64,000 nt of DNA from positions 2,624,001-2,688,000 of the forward strand of contig OZ242320.1 in NCBI GenBank assembly GCA_965208125.1. The letters run 5' to 3'. How positions within the stretch are numbered: position 1 is the stretch's first letter; the number at the start of each line of letters is the position of its first letter. This document shows positions 1 through 9,998 of the stretch, piece after piece. The notes beneath the pieces are model-generated. The model did no database searches. It saw nothing but the letters and a program-made list of their open reading frames with translations, and had not been told where the DNA came from. Source of the DNA: Candidatus Latescibacterota bacterium. Lineage in GTDB: Bacteria; Latescibacterota; UBA2968. The position numbers were made by a program, and so were the translations under genes.

Positions 1-1
1 C

Positions 2-466
2 TTAAAGTCCGCGGAAATTGGGCATTATTACGCGGGGCGGGGCAATCAGTTTTGGCCGTTTTTGTACGAGGCTGGGCTGACAGATCGATTGTTGGAGCCA
101 CGGGAAGATGCGACTATTTTGGATTATAATATCGGGTTGACCGATATTGTGAAGGGGCGAGCGACGCGGGGGATTGGAGATCTGACGGATGGCGATTATG
201 TGTCGGGTTTTGAATTGTTGCGCGAAAAGATGCAGATGTATCGACCGCGGGTGATTTGTTTTAATGGGAAGAGCGGATACGCCAAGGTGATGGGCGGGAA
301 GCGAGATTACGGTTTGCAAGATGAGATGCTGGAAGGCGCAAAGCTGTTTCTCGCCCCGTCAACGAGCGGTGCGCTGCCTATGCCGAGGGTTGAGAAATTG
401 CGGTATTATCGAGAGTTGAAGTCTTTTGTTGATATTTGTGTCCAACCTGTGAAGGAGCGAAGATGA
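2..466 (+). CDS. mug: G/U mismatch-specific DNA glycosylase (Mug/UDG family 2), 5'-truncated by the window edge
   Basis: Frame is open from base 2: LKSAEIGHYYAGRGNQFW...IGLTDIVK...ICFNGK...LAPSTSG are Mug-family motifs; stop TGA 464-466. Confidence 0.85.
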   Translation, partial: LKSAEIGHYYAGRGNQFWPFLYEAGLTDRLLEPREDATILDYNIGLTDIVKGRATRGIGDLTDGDYVSGFELLREKMQMYRPRVICFNGKSGYAKVMGGKRDYGLQDEMLEGAKLFLAPSTSGALPMPRVEKLRYYRELKSFVDICVQPVKERR

Positions 467-1872
467 AGCGACCGAATATTTTGTTTGTCATGACCGATGA
501 CCACACGCCGCGCGAGATGAGCAGTTATGGGAATCCGATTTTGCATACGCCCAATCTGGATCGCATTGGGAATGAGGGTACGCGGTTTAACAATTGTTTT
601 TCGACTAATGCACTGTGCGCGCCTGCGCGGGGCACGGTGCTGACGGGATGTTTTTCACATGTCCACGGTATTCGGGGAAATTCCGAGAGGGCCGATGCGA
701 TTGAGTTTCTGGATCCGAATGTGCCGACGTTTCCCGAGTTGCTTCGCGATGCGGGATACAAGACCGCGTTGTTTGGCAAGTATCATATCCGGCAGGATCC
801 GCGCGGTTTTGATACGTGGTGTATTCATCCCGGGCAGGGCGTGTATTTTGATCCGACGTATATCGATAATGGGAAGGAAGTGCAAAAGGAGGGGTATGCC
901 ACGGATATAACGACGGATATGGCACTTGAATTTTTGAAGGGGTTGAATGGCGAACAGCCCTTCTGCCTGGTGTATCAGTTTAAGGCGCCGCATCGTCCGT
1001 TTACGCCTGCACCCCGGCACGCGCATCTTTTTGATGATGTTGAGATTCCCCAGCCGGAGACGTATGGAGATGATTTTGCGACGCGGAAGATTGCGGCTCT
1101 GGCAGAAGATATGAAGTTTGATATTAGTCTGGCGCCCGATTACGACGATATACCCGAGGGCTTGAGTGAAGGGGAAAAGAAGGACTGGATTTATCAGCGT
1201 TTTATGAAGGATCGGTATCGCACGATTTACGGTGTGGATGAAAATCTGGGGCGGGTGCTGGATTATCTGGATGAGACAGGTTGGGCTGACGATACGCTGG
1301 TGATTTACACGTCGGATCACGGGTATTTTTTGGGCGATTACGGGTGGTATGACAAGCGGTTTATGTACGAGCCGTCGATTCGCATTCCGCTGGTGGTGCG
1401 TTATCCAAATGGGGGTATTAGCGGGAATGTGACCGACGCGCTGGTGATGAATGTGGACTTTGCGCCGACGATTCTGGATTTTGCGGGTGTGGAAATTCCC
1501 GAAGGTGTGCAGGGAGAGAGTTTGCGTCCGTTGCTCCAGGGGACAGAGCCAGATGATTGGCGTACGTCTGTTTATTACGCCTATTTTGAGGATTCGTGGG
1601 TGTTGCACGGCAAGGGGGCAGAGGCGATGTCAGAGCCGTCATTCCAGTATTTTACGCCGCACCGCATTGGCCCGCACCGCGGCGTGCGTACAGACCGCTA
1701 CAAGTTGATTGAATATTATGCCGAGGGCGATTATTGGGAGTTGTTCGATTTGCAAGAGGATCCCAATGAATTGCGGAATGTGTACGATGACGCCGCGTAT
1801 GCAGATCTGGTGGTGGAATTAAAGGCTGAGTTGAGAAGGTTGCAGGCGCAGTATGGGGATTTGAGTGTGTGA
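463..1872 (+). CDS. Formylglycine-dependent sulfatase (no obvious signal peptide)
   Basis: MKRPNILFVMTDDH start (ATG 463, ATGA overlap with mug stop); CAPAR (CxPxR) motif; GKYH, YTSDHG and DKRFMYE motifs. Confidence 0.93.
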   Translation: MKRPNILFVMTDDHTPREMSSYGNPILHTPNLDRIGNEGTRFNNCFSTNALCAPARGTVLTGCFSHVHGIRGNSERADAIEFLDPNVPTFPELLRDAGYKTALFGKYHIRQDPRGFDTWCIHPGQGVYFDPTYIDNGKEVQKEGYATDITTDMALEFLKGLNGEQPFCLVYQFKAPHRPFTPAPRHAHLFDDVEIPQPETYGDDFATRKIAALAEDMKFDISLAPDYDDIPEGLSEGEKKDWIYQRFMKDRYRTIYGVDENLGRVLDYLDETGWADDTLVIYTSDHGYFLGDYGWYDKRFMYEPSIRIPLVVRYPNGGISGNVTDALVMNVDFAPTILDFAGVEIPEGVQGESLRPLLQGTEPDDWRTSVYYAYFEDSWVLHGKGAEAMSEPSFQYFTPHRIGPHRGVRTDRYKLIEYYAEGDYWELFDLQEDPNELRNVYDDAAYADLVVELKAELRRLQAQYGDLSV

Positions 1873-1874
1873 AG

Positions 1875-3287
1875 CTATTTTTTGGGCATGTACACGTCGG
1901 TCGCAGAGCCGAGGTGGATTTCTGAGGCTATGCCGATGGATTCGGCAAGCGAGGGATGGGGGTGAATGGTGTGGGCAATGTCTTCGGCGACGGCAGCCAT
2001 TTCAATGGCGAGCACGCCTTCGGCGATGAGGTCGCCCGCATGGGGTCCTACAATGCCCATGCCGAGTACGCGTTGGGTATAGGGATCGACAATGAGCTTG
2101 GTCTGGCCTTCGAGGCGTCCAATGGCATGCGCTTTGCCCAGGGCAGCCCAGGGGAAGCGCACGATATCGACTTTTCGGTCTTGTTTGAGAGCGTCGGTTT
2201 CGGTCAGGCCCACCCATGCAATTTCGGGGTCGGTGTACACGACGGAGGGGATGAGTGCGTCAAAAGACGCGGGTTCACCGGCGAGAACTTCGGCGGCGAT
2301 TTTGCCTTCGTGCGCGGCTTTGTGGGCAAGGCCGGGGCCTGGGACGGCGTCGCCGATTGCAAAGAGGCGGGGGTCGTTTGTACGCATTTGTGAATCGACT
2401 TCGATGAATCCCTGATCATTGGGTTCAATGTCTGTGTTTTCAAGGCCGATATTGTCTGTATTTGGGCGTCGGCCAATGCAGAGGAGGACGCGGTCGAATA
2501 TTTCAGATGTTTTCGATTCTTCGCCTTCCCAGTGTACTTCAATACCGGTGTTGACTTCTTCGATATGCGTGACGCGCGTGCTGGTGTGTATGGCGCTGAA
2601 TGCCTGACGCAATCGTGTTTCGAGTGGTTTGACCAGGTCGGGGTCGGTGCCGGGCAAGAGGGTGTCGGTCATTTCGACGACTGTGACGGCACTTCCCAAT
2701 GCGGCGTAAACACTGCCGAGTTCGAGGCCGATGATGCCTCCGCCAACGACGAGAAGGCTTTTGGGTATTTCGTCGAGATCGAGTGCTGTTGTCGAGTCCA
2801 GAATGCGCGGTGTGTCGAGCGCGAAAATTGGGAGGACAACAGGGCGTGAGCCTGTGGCGATGATGGCGTGCTCAAATTCGACGCGGTCGATATCCCCATC
2901 ACCTGTGATGGACGCACTTTGCGAATTCTCGAATTGCGCGTAGCCCGTCAGGTGGGTAACCTTGCGCTGGCGCACCAGGCCAGACAGACCGGTCGAGAGG
3001 CGGGTGATGATGTTGTCTTTCCAGCCGCGCAGGGCGTCCAGATCGATTTTGGGATCGCCAAAGGTGAGGCCATAAGTTCTGGCTTCGCTGGCTTCGGTGA
3101 TGAGTTCTGCAACGTGGAGCAGGGCTTTGGATGGGATGCATCCGCGCAATAAACAGGTGCCACCGAGGTTGTCGTCGGCATTGACCAGGGTGACTTGCAG
3201 ACCCAAGTCAGCAGCGCGAAAAGCCGCTGTATATCCGCCGGGACCGCCGCCGATTACGAGGAGATCGGTTTTGTGCGTTTCGGCCAT
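1875..3287 (-). CDS. lpdA: Dihydrolipoamide dehydrogenase (E3)
   Basis: GGGPGGY FAD motif, GGTCLLRGCIPSK disulfide motif, HPHPSLAE C-terminal motif; last gene of the PDH operon. Confidence 0.96.
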   Translation of the reverse strand: MAETHKTDLLVIGGGPGGYTAAFRAADLGLQVTLVNADDNLGGTCLLRGCIPSKALLHVAELITEASEARTYGLTFGDPKIDLDALRGWKDNIITRLSTGLSGLVRQRKVTHLTGYAQFENSQSASITGDGDIDRVEFEHAIIATGSRPVVLPIFALDTPRILDSTTALDLDEIPKSLLVVGGGIIGLELGSVYAALGSAVTVVEMTDTLLPGTDPDLVKPLETRLRQAFSAIHTSTRVTHIEEVNTGIEVHWEGEESKTSEIFDRVLLCIGRRPNTDNIGLENTDIEPNDQGFIEVDSQMRTNDPRLFAIGDAVPGPGLAHKAAHEGKIAAEVLAGEPASFDALIPSVVYTDPEIAWVGLTETDALKQDRKVDIVRFPWAALGKAHAIGRLEGQTKLIVDPYTQRVLGMGIVGPHAGDLIAEGVLAIEMAAVAEDIAHTIHPHPSLAESIGIASEIHLGSATDVYMPKK

Positions 3288-3301
3288 GTGATTTCTCCAG
3301 T

Positions 3302-4567
3302 TTATCCGCCCATGAGCATGAGTTCCGGGTTTTCGAGTGCATCGACGATTTTTCGCATAAATCGCGCGCCGTCGGCGCCGTCAATAACGCGGTGATCATA
3401 AGATAGTGCCAGAGGCATGATGAGGCGAGGTTCGATGCGGCCCTCGCGCACGGTGGCTTCTTCTCTTGCGCGTCCAAATCCCAATATTGCAACTTCGGGG
3501 TGATTGACGATGGGGGTAAATTCGCCCACGCCCAGGCTGCCGAGGTTGGTGACGGTGAATGTGCCGCCTTGTAGTTCGTCGAGGCCAATTTTGCCGGTGC
3601 GCGCGCGCTGGCTGATGTCGCCGAGTTCGAGAGCCAATTCCAGGATGTCTTTGCGATCGACGTCTTTGATGACGGGAACGAGTAAGCCGCGCTCGGTGTC
3701 AACGGCGATGCCGAGGTTGTAGTAGTGTTTGAGAATAATTTCATTGGCACCTGCATCGAGGCTGGCGTTGAATTGCGGAAAGGTCTTAAGCGCGGTGATG
3801 ATTGCTTTTAGCGCGAGGACCGTTGGCGTCAGTTTGGCTCCCAGTGCTTCGGTTTTTTCTTTATTGCGCTGCCGAAATGCCTCGAGGTCTGTGACGTCTG
3901 CGCGATCAAATTGCGTGACATGAGCCACCTGTTGCCAGGCCTGGCTCATATTTTTTGCTATAATTTGCCGGACTTTGCTGAGGGGGTGGCGCTCGATGTT
4001 GCCCCATCTCGAGAAGTCGGGCAATTCGACGGGTGCGGTTGGTGCGATACCACCTGTTTGCCGGTCGCGCACAGCGGCTTTGACATCGTCTTGTGAGATG
4101 CGTCCACCGGGACCTGAGCCAGCGACCTGTGTGAGATCTACGCCGAGTTCTCGCGCGAGTCGCCGCGTGGATGGGGCTGCGGGAATGGGATCGCCGTTGG
4201 ACGCGGGTGCAGGTGGTCTGGCTACAGGAGGTGTTGGTTCGGGTGCTCTGGTGGTGGGTTCGGGTTTTTCTTCTGGTGCAGGAGCTGGTGCTTCGGCTTC
4301 CGGCTCAGGGTCTGCTGTGACTTGTTGTTCGCCTTCTTCAACGGAGATCAATAAGCTGCCTACGGGCACGCGGTCTCCGGCATTAATGTGTATTTTTGTG
4401 ATGGTGCCAGCAACACTGCTGGGTACTTCAACGAGGGCTTTGTCGGTTTCGAGTTCGACCACGCTCTGATCGATTTCAATCGTATCGCCTTCGGCAACGA
4501 GTACGCTGACAACATCGCCGGCTTCTACACCTTCGCCGAGATCGGGAAGTTTAAATTCGGTTGCCAC
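3302..4567 (-). CDS. aceF: Pyruvate dehydrogenase E2, single lipoyl domain
   Basis: LETDKA lipoyl motif, Pro/Ala linker, PSTRRLARELGVDL E3-binding domain, DHRVIDG catalytic motif; GTG start with GGAGG SD. Confidence 0.95.
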   Translation of the reverse strand: MATEFKLPDLGEGVEAGDVVSVLVAEGDTIEIDQSVVELETDKALVEVPSSVAGTITKIHINAGDRVPVGSLLISVEEGEQQVTADPEPEAEAPAPAPEEKPEPTTRAPEPTPPVARPPAPASNGDPIPAAPSTRRLARELGVDLTQVAGSGPGGRISQDDVKAAVRDRQTGGIAPTAPVELPDFSRWGNIERHPLSKVRQIIAKNMSQAWQQVAHVTQFDRADVTDLEAFRQRNKEKTEALGAKLTPTVLALKAIITALKTFPQFNASLDAGANEIILKHYYNLGIAVDTERGLLVPVIKDVDRKDILELALELGDISQRARTGKIGLDELQGGTFTVTNLGSLGVGEFTPIVNHPEVAILGFGRAREEATVREGRIEPRLIMPLALSYDHRVIDGADGARFMRKIVDALENPELMLMGG

Positions 4568-4592
4568 GAGACCTCCTTAATCGCGGATTGAG

Positions 4593-7298
4593 TTAATAAT
4601 ACGTCGTGACGGGGCCTGCCGATATAGGATCGACTTTCTCGGGATCAATGCCGAGTTCGTCGATGGCTGTGGCGACCTGTTCGCGTTTGATTTTACCTTG
4701 TTTTGCCAGGACGTGAAGCGCGGCCACAGCGATGCACTCAGCGTCAACTTCAAAATGCCGACGCAGAGCCTGGCGCGTGTCGCTGCGCCCAAATCCATCT
4801 GTACCGAGGACCATCATGTCTTCGGGTACCCAGGGGCGAATCATTTCGGGCAGGGCTTTCATGTAATCGGATGCAGCGACGATCGGACCATCGGTTTTTT
4901 CGAGTACTTTGACGATGTACGGCTTTTTCTTTCGCCGCGTTGGGTGCAGCATGTTCCACCGTTCGGTCTCAAGTGCGTCTCGCCGCAATTCTTTGTATGA
5001 GGTGACGCTCCACACGTCGGCAGAAATATTGTATTCGGCGGCGAGGATTTCTTGCGCGCGCAGGGTTTCGCGGAGGATGGATGCACTGCCAAAGAGCTGA
5101 ATCTTGTGCTGGCCCTGTTGTGTTTCGTGCGTTTTGAGCGGATAAATGCCTTTGACAATGCCTTCTTCAACACCTTTGGGCATGGGGGGATGTTCGTAGT
5201 TTTCATTGCCCAGGGTCATGTAGTAATAGACATCTTCCTGTTCCTGGTACATGCGTCGAATGCCGTCCTGGATGATGATGGCAATTTCGTAAGCATAAGC
5301 CGGGTCATAGGCAATACAGTTGGGAACGGATGAGGCGAGAATGTGGCTGTGTCCGTCTTCGTGCTGGAGACCTTCGCCGTTGAGCGTGGTGCGTCCGGCT
5401 GTTCCGCCCAAGAGAAAGCCCTTGCAGCGGATATCGCCAGCCAGCCACATGAGGTCGCCCACGCGCTGGAAACCGAACATGGAATAGTAGATGTAGAATG
5501 GAATGGTGTTGACGCCGTGTGTGGCATAAGCTGTGCCAGCGCAGATGAATGAGGACATGGCACCGGCTTCGTTGATGCCTTCTTCGAGGATTTGGCCGTC
5601 CTGGGCTTCTCGATAGTAGCTGATGTTGCCCGCGTCAACGGGTTCGTATATCTGCCCCAGGTGCGAGTAGATGCCGAGTTGCCGAAAGAGGGAATCCATA
5701 CCAAAGGTGCGGGCTTCGTCCGGAATGATGGGGACGAGCAGTTTGCCGATGTCTTTGTCGCGGGCGAGTTTGGCAAACAGACGCGCAAAGGCCATGGTCG
5801 TAGAAGCCTGGCGGTCACCTGTACCTTTGAAGGCTTCGTCAAATACCTCGCGCGAGGGTGCTTGAATGGGTTTGGCCCGAACGCTTCGGGCGGGCAAATA
5901 TCCGCCGAGTTCGCGGCGTTGTTGTTGCAAGTACTGCATTTCAGGGCTGTCGTCGGGGGGACGATAAAAGGGTGCTTTGCCCACTTCGCTGTCGGAGATG
6001 GGGATGTCAAAGCGCCGTTTGAATTCACGCATTTCGTCTTCTTCGAGCTTTTTTTGCTGGTGGGTCATGTTGCGGCCTTCGCCAGCTTCGCCCAGGCCAT
6101 AGCCCTTGATGGTTTTGGCCAGGATGACCGTTGGTGCGCCCTTGTGCTCCACAGCGGCTTTGAAGGCGGCGTACACTTTTTCGGGGTCGTGACCCCCGCG
6201 ACGCAATTTTTGGAGTTGTTCGTCCGAGAGGTGTTCGACCATTTTGAGCAGGTCGGGATGGGTGCCAAAAAAGTCGCGGCGGATGTATTCACCGGATTCG
6301 ACGGTGTATTTCTGGTATTGACCATCGACGACTTCTTCCATGCGCTGCTGAAGCAGGCCCTGGGTGTCTTTTTCGAGAAGCGGGTCCCAATCGTCTCCCC
6401 ATATCACTTTGATGACATTCCAGCCGGCGCCGCGAAATACCTGTTCGAGTTCTTGAATGATTTTGCTATTGCCGCGCACGGGACCATCGAGGCGTTGCAG
6501 GTTGCAATTGATCACAAAGATGAGGTTGTCGAGTTGTTCGCGGGTTGCCAGGCTGATGGCGCCGAGGGTTTCGGGTTCGTCTGTTTCGCCGTCGCCAACG
6601 AAGACCCAGACTTTGGAATCGCGAGTTGATTTGAGGCCGCGGTCTTCGAGGTAGCGGTTGAAGCGGGCCTGGAAGATGCCCACGAGGGGACCAAGGCCCA
6701 TTGATACCGTGGGGAATTGCCAGAAGTCGGGCATGAGATAGGGGTGGGGATAGGAAGACAGGCCGCCGGGATTGCGGAGTTCTCGGCGAAAGTTTTCGAG
6801 ATGTTCGGTGCTCAGCCGACCTTCGAGGAAGGCGCGGGCATACATGCCGGGCGAGGCATGGCCCTGGAAGAAGACCTGGTCCCCGGAGAAATCGCCATTG
6901 GGTGCTTTGAAGAAGTGATTTTGACCCACTTCATATAGCGTGGCAGCCGATGCAAAGGTGGAGATGTGACCGCCAATGCCATCGGCTTCTTTGTTGGCAC
7001 GGGTGACCATGGCCATGGCATTCCATCGCACGAGACTTTTGATGCGGCGCTCGATTTCGCGGTCGCCCGGATAGGGCAGTTGTTTGTCGAGTGGGATGGT
7101 GTTGATATAAGGCGTATGGGGTGCAAAGGGTATGTCAACGCCCAGACTTTTTTGCGCTTCTTGTTCGAGGCGGTCGAGCAAATAGCGCACGCGGTCGGGA
7201 CCGCCGTGTTGCAGAACATAAGCCAGTGATTCGATCCATTCTTCGGTTTCGATGGGATCGGTATCGCGAAATGTATCTGGTGCGACAGAATCGGCCAT
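4593..7298 (-). CDS. aceE: Pyruvate dehydrogenase E1, homodimeric type
   Basis: 901 aa; GGHISTFAS, FPTVSMGLGP, GDGETDEPE TPP motif, NCNLQRLDGP. Confidence 0.97.
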   Translation of the reverse strand: MADSVAPDTFRDTDPIETEEWIESLAYVLQHGGPDRVRYLLDRLEQEAQKSLGVDIPFAPHTPYINTIPLDKQLPYPGDREIERRIKSLVRWNAMAMVTRANKEADGIGGHISTFASAATLYEVGQNHFFKAPNGDFSGDQVFFQGHASPGMYARAFLEGRLSTEHLENFRRELRNPGGLSSYPHPYLMPDFWQFPTVSMGLGPLVGIFQARFNRYLEDRGLKSTRDSKVWVFVGDGETDEPETLGAISLATREQLDNLIFVINCNLQRLDGPVRGNSKIIQELEQVFRGAGWNVIKVIWGDDWDPLLEKDTQGLLQQRMEEVVDGQYQKYTVESGEYIRRDFFGTHPDLLKMVEHLSDEQLQKLRRGGHDPEKVYAAFKAAVEHKGAPTVILAKTIKGYGLGEAGEGRNMTHQQKKLEEDEMREFKRRFDIPISDSEVGKAPFYRPPDDSPEMQYLQQQRRELGGYLPARSVRAKPIQAPSREVFDEAFKGTGDRQASTTMAFARLFAKLARDKDIGKLLVPIIPDEARTFGMDSLFRQLGIYSHLGQIYEPVDAGNISYYREAQDGQILEEGINEAGAMSSFICAGTAYATHGVNTIPFYIYYSMFGFQRVGDLMWLAGDIRCKGFLLGGTAGRTTLNGEGLQHEDGHSHILASSVPNCIAYDPAYAYEIAIIIQDGIRRMYQEQEDVYYYMTLGNENYEHPPMPKGVEEGIVKGIYPLKTHETQQGQHKIQLFGSASILRETLRAQEILAAEYNISADVWSVTSYKELRRDALETERWNMLHPTRRKKKPYIVKVLEKTDGPIVAASDYMKALPEMIRPWVPEDMMVLGTDGFGRSDTRQALRRHFEVDAECIAVAALHVLAKQGKIKREQVATAIDELGIDPEKVDPISAGPVTTYY

Positions 7299-7381
7299 GG
7301 TAAAACCCCTTTGTTCTGTGGTGCAATGACGGGTATTTACAATAATATACGCGCGTATCCAAATGTCTCTTCTGTGCGTGA

Positions 7382-7410
7382 AATTTACGAGGGATAATGA
7401 ATTTTGTCAA
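7382..7410 (-). promoter_or_regulatory. Putative sigma70 promoter for aceE-aceF-lpdA
   Basis: Minus strand TTGACA-N17-TAAATT about 85 nt upstream of the aceE ATG. Confidence 0.6.
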
Positions 7411-7566
7411 ATGTAGAGCGTATTTTTTTGCGAGAGAATGGCAAATTTTAAGGAAATGTATTTATATAAGATGTTGTTAATTAGTAAAATGATATTATTA
7501 GTTGACCGGTTGGTAAAATATGGCAAAAAACAGGGCATCTCGCATCTTCCGGGAGGAGAAGAGATG

Positions 7567-7959
7567 TCAGGCGTCCGGTACTTGTTGTCCCCGATGGCAG
7601 GTCTGGCAGGTGATCTGGGTGAATTGTCCTTCTTTGAAGTCTTTGAGGATTTCACCATTGATTTTTTGCGTCATGGTAATCATGAGGCGCGCAATGTCTT
7701 TGCGGGGGTTTTCGTCTGATGCAAAATCGTAAGTGGATAGGGATTGGCCTTCTTCCCCTTTGTGGCAAGCGTGACAGCGCACGCCCAGTGCTTTGCTAAA
7801 GTCTTTCATGTACTGCATGAGTTGCGCTTTTTTGATGTCTTTGGGCAGGACTTTTAAGTTGGTGTAGGTGTCGGGAATTTGGGCGAATGATGCGGTGACG
7901 ATCAGAGAGATGAAGGAACTGATTGTGAGAATGAGCGCGATGAGTAGCGTGCGGTTCAT
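7567..7959 (-). CDS. Small exported diheme c-type cytochrome
   Basis: Signal peptide (..TASFA-QIP); two CxxCH motifs (CHACH, CQTCH); NLKVLPKDI and DFASDENPRKDIAR segments; GGAGG SD. Confidence 0.85.
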   Translation of the reverse strand: MNRTLLIALILTISSFISLIVTASFAQIPDTYTNLKVLPKDIKKAQLMQYMKDFSKALGVRCHACHKGEEGQSLSTYDFASDENPRKDIARLMITMTQKINGEILKDFKEGQFTQITCQTCHRGQQVPDA

Positions 7960-7972
7960 GGTGCCTCCTGAG

Positions 7973-8072
7973 GAAGTGTGAAGTGTGAAGTAGGAAGTGT
8001 GAAGTGTGAAGTACCAGCCTATGGACGGTTGGGCAGGGCCTTCTAACTTCTCCCTTCTAACTTCTTCCTTCT
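7973..8072. repeat. Heptamer tandem array (GAAGTGT-type x6) with a pyrimidine-rich CTTCTAA-type counter-array
   Basis: 7973-8014 gaagtgt gaagtgt gaagtag gaagtgt gaagtgt gaagtac; 8040-8072 cttctaa cttctcc cttctaa cttcttc cttct. Confidence 0.85.
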
Positions 8073-9091
8073 CTTTTTAGCCATTGCAGTTGATTTGTTT
8101 GCGGAAAAGCGGCGATGGGGTTTTCAAGGGGTCCAATGCCTTCAAAGGTCATGCATACGCGATCGCCTTCGCGCAAGCCGCTTTCGAGATCGTCGTCAGA
8201 AAAAACAATGGGTGTGCCCCAGTAGAGGATTTGCAGGGTGTCGGGTTCAAGAGGTAAACGGGAAAAGAGCGATCTCTCGAGGTGAAAGAGGCCGTCGGGC
8301 ATGTTGAGATGGTTTTGCCCGGTATGCCCTTCTTTGCAGGCTATGCGCGTGTTGTTGCGTATCACTTCGCAAGAGACGGCTACGCTGCTGTCGTCGAAAG
8401 CCGATTCGGTGACCATCAGGGGACCGAGGCTGGCGCAGCCGTGGGACCAGTTTTTTGCCTGGGGTAAGTTGAGGGGGTTTTCGGCTTCGATGCCGTTGTC
8501 GGTGTAGTCGTTGCCGCCTGTGTAGCCCAAACGCTCAATTTGGCCGGTGGCATTGAGGCCGTAGATGGTTACGAGTTCTGTTTCGGGTACGAGGCGCTGG
8601 GTGTTGTCTGGATGGGATATAGAGCCACCGTGTCCGACGAGGGCAGCGGTGTCGTTTTTGGCAAAGAGTTCGGGAGTGCCGCCCTGCGCGCATTCCCGAT
8701 ATTTTTGATCATAGACGTTGACGGCATCACCGGTGGCTTGTTTGGCTTCGATTTCGCGCAATTTGGCGCTGTCTTCGTGGGTGACGCCGGCCAGCCAGAT
8801 CCGCAATTTGTGTGGCGCATCTGTTGGTGCGGTTACCGGGCTGATGAGGTGCGGTTGATTGGGGTCGCCCGTGTTGTCCAGGAGGTCGCGGAGTGATAGG
8901 CGCGGCGCATTGCGGATGTTGATTGACTCTACTGTGGTTTCAATGCCGTTTTTGTTGCCTCCGTGGCGGTAGTAGAGGTCGTGAAGCGAAGCCGGGTGGA
9001 GGGCGCAGGCTGTGAGGTCAAAGACTTCGTCGCCTTTTACAAGCCCCAGGCGAGATCCCCGCTCGGGTTGTGCGAATTGCAATAGTTTCAT
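8057..9091 (-). CDS. Fumarylacetoacetate-hydrolase-fold protein (2-keto-3-deoxy sugar-acid dehydratase-like)
   Basis: IWLAGVTHEDS, PELFAK, VPETEL, GYTGGNDYTDNGIEAENPLNLPQAK, LGP and GIGPLENPI match the FAH-family pattern. Confidence 0.75.
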   Translation of the reverse strand: MKLLQFAQPERGSRLGLVKGDEVFDLTACALHPASLHDLYYRHGGNKNGIETTVESINIRNAPRLSLRDLLDNTGDPNQPHLISPVTAPTDAPHKLRIWLAGVTHEDSAKLREIEAKQATGDAVNVYDQKYRECAQGGTPELFAKNDTAALVGHGGSISHPDNTQRLVPETELVTIYGLNATGQIERLGYTGGNDYTDNGIEAENPLNLPQAKNWSHGCASLGPLMVTESAFDDSSVAVSCEVIRNNTRIACKEGHTGQNHLNMPDGLFHLERSLFSRLPLEPDTLQILYWGTPIVFSDDDLESGLREGDRVCMTFEGIGPLENPIAAFPQTNQLQWLKREGRS

Positions 9092-9218
9092 AGTTTCCTC
9101 GGTGTTTGTGGGATGAAAAACAAGAATAGTTATTATTGGGGCACCTGTAAAGCAGATAATTAGGTTCGCAATTGCGCGCTTTTTTTTGCATATTGAGGAA
9201 CAAAAGGAGGCGGGTCTT

Positions 9219-9998
9219 ATGGCAATAGCACTGATTACGGGCGCGTCGAGCGGTATTGGTTTGGAATTGGCGCGGGTGTTTGCGGCTGATGGGGTTGATG
9301 TGATTTTGTCGGCTCGGTCCGAGGGTAAGTTGCATGCGCTGGCGAGAGAAGTGCAGGAGAAGTATGCTGTAAAGGCTGAGGTGATTGTGGCCGATTTGTC
9401 CGTGTCGGGTGAGGCTGAGAAGGTTTATGACCGGGTCGTGGAATTGGGATGGGATGTGGATTATCTGGTGAATAATGCCGGGTTTGGGGTTTATGGTTTT
9501 TACGCGGAGACAGATTGGTTGGCCGAAGCGGATATGTTGCAGGTGAATATTGTCGCTTTGACGCATTTGACCAAGTTGTTTTTGCCGGATTTGATCGATA
9601 GAGGTCGAGGAAGAATTTTGAATGTGGCTTCGACTGCGGCGTTTCAGCCCGGTCCGAGGATGGCCGTGTATTTTGCGACTAAGGCGTATGTGTTGTCGTT
9701 TTCAGATGCGATTGCCAATGAGTTAAAGGGTACGGGTGTGAGCGTGACTGCGCTGTGTCCAGGGGCAACGGAGACGGGTTTTCAACGCGCTGCAGGTGCA
9801 ACGGGTTCGCGTTTGTTTGATATGCGCGGATTGCCCACGGGTGCCGATGTGGCAAAATATGGGTACAGGGCTATGCAAAAGGGCAAGCGGGTCGCTATTC
9901 ACGGGTTGATTAGTAAGATACTGGCTTTTACTGTGCGCTTATTACCTCGACGGATTGTTGTTGCAACGACGAGAGCGTTGATTGCGAGGAGTGATTAA
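9219..9998 (+). CDS. Short-chain dehydrogenase/reductase
   Basis: ITGASSGIG, NNAGFG, YFATK (YxxxK); ATG 9219 after AGGAGG. Confidence 0.92.
   Translation: MAIALITGASSGIGLELARVFAADGVDVILSARSEGKLHALAREVQEKYAVKAEVIVADLSVSGEAEKVYDRVVELGWDVDYLVNNAGFGVYGFYAETDWLAEADMLQVNIVALTHLTKLFLPDLIDRGRGRILNVASTAAFQPGPRMAVYFATKAYVLSFSDAIANELKGTGVSVTALCPGATETGFQRAAGATGSRLFDMRGLPTGADVAKYGYRAMQKGKRVAIHGLISKILAFTVRLLPRRIVVATTRALIARSD

Noticed and set aside
7400-7520. AT-rich tract as replication origin or dif site
   Set aside because: No DnaA-box cluster or XerC/XerD dif consensus recognised; explained by the aceE promoter region
7567-7959. Cytochrome as evidence of phototrophy
   Set aside because: It resembles small proteins often labelled reaction-centre cytochrome c family, but has only two hemes and no puf/bch genes are present
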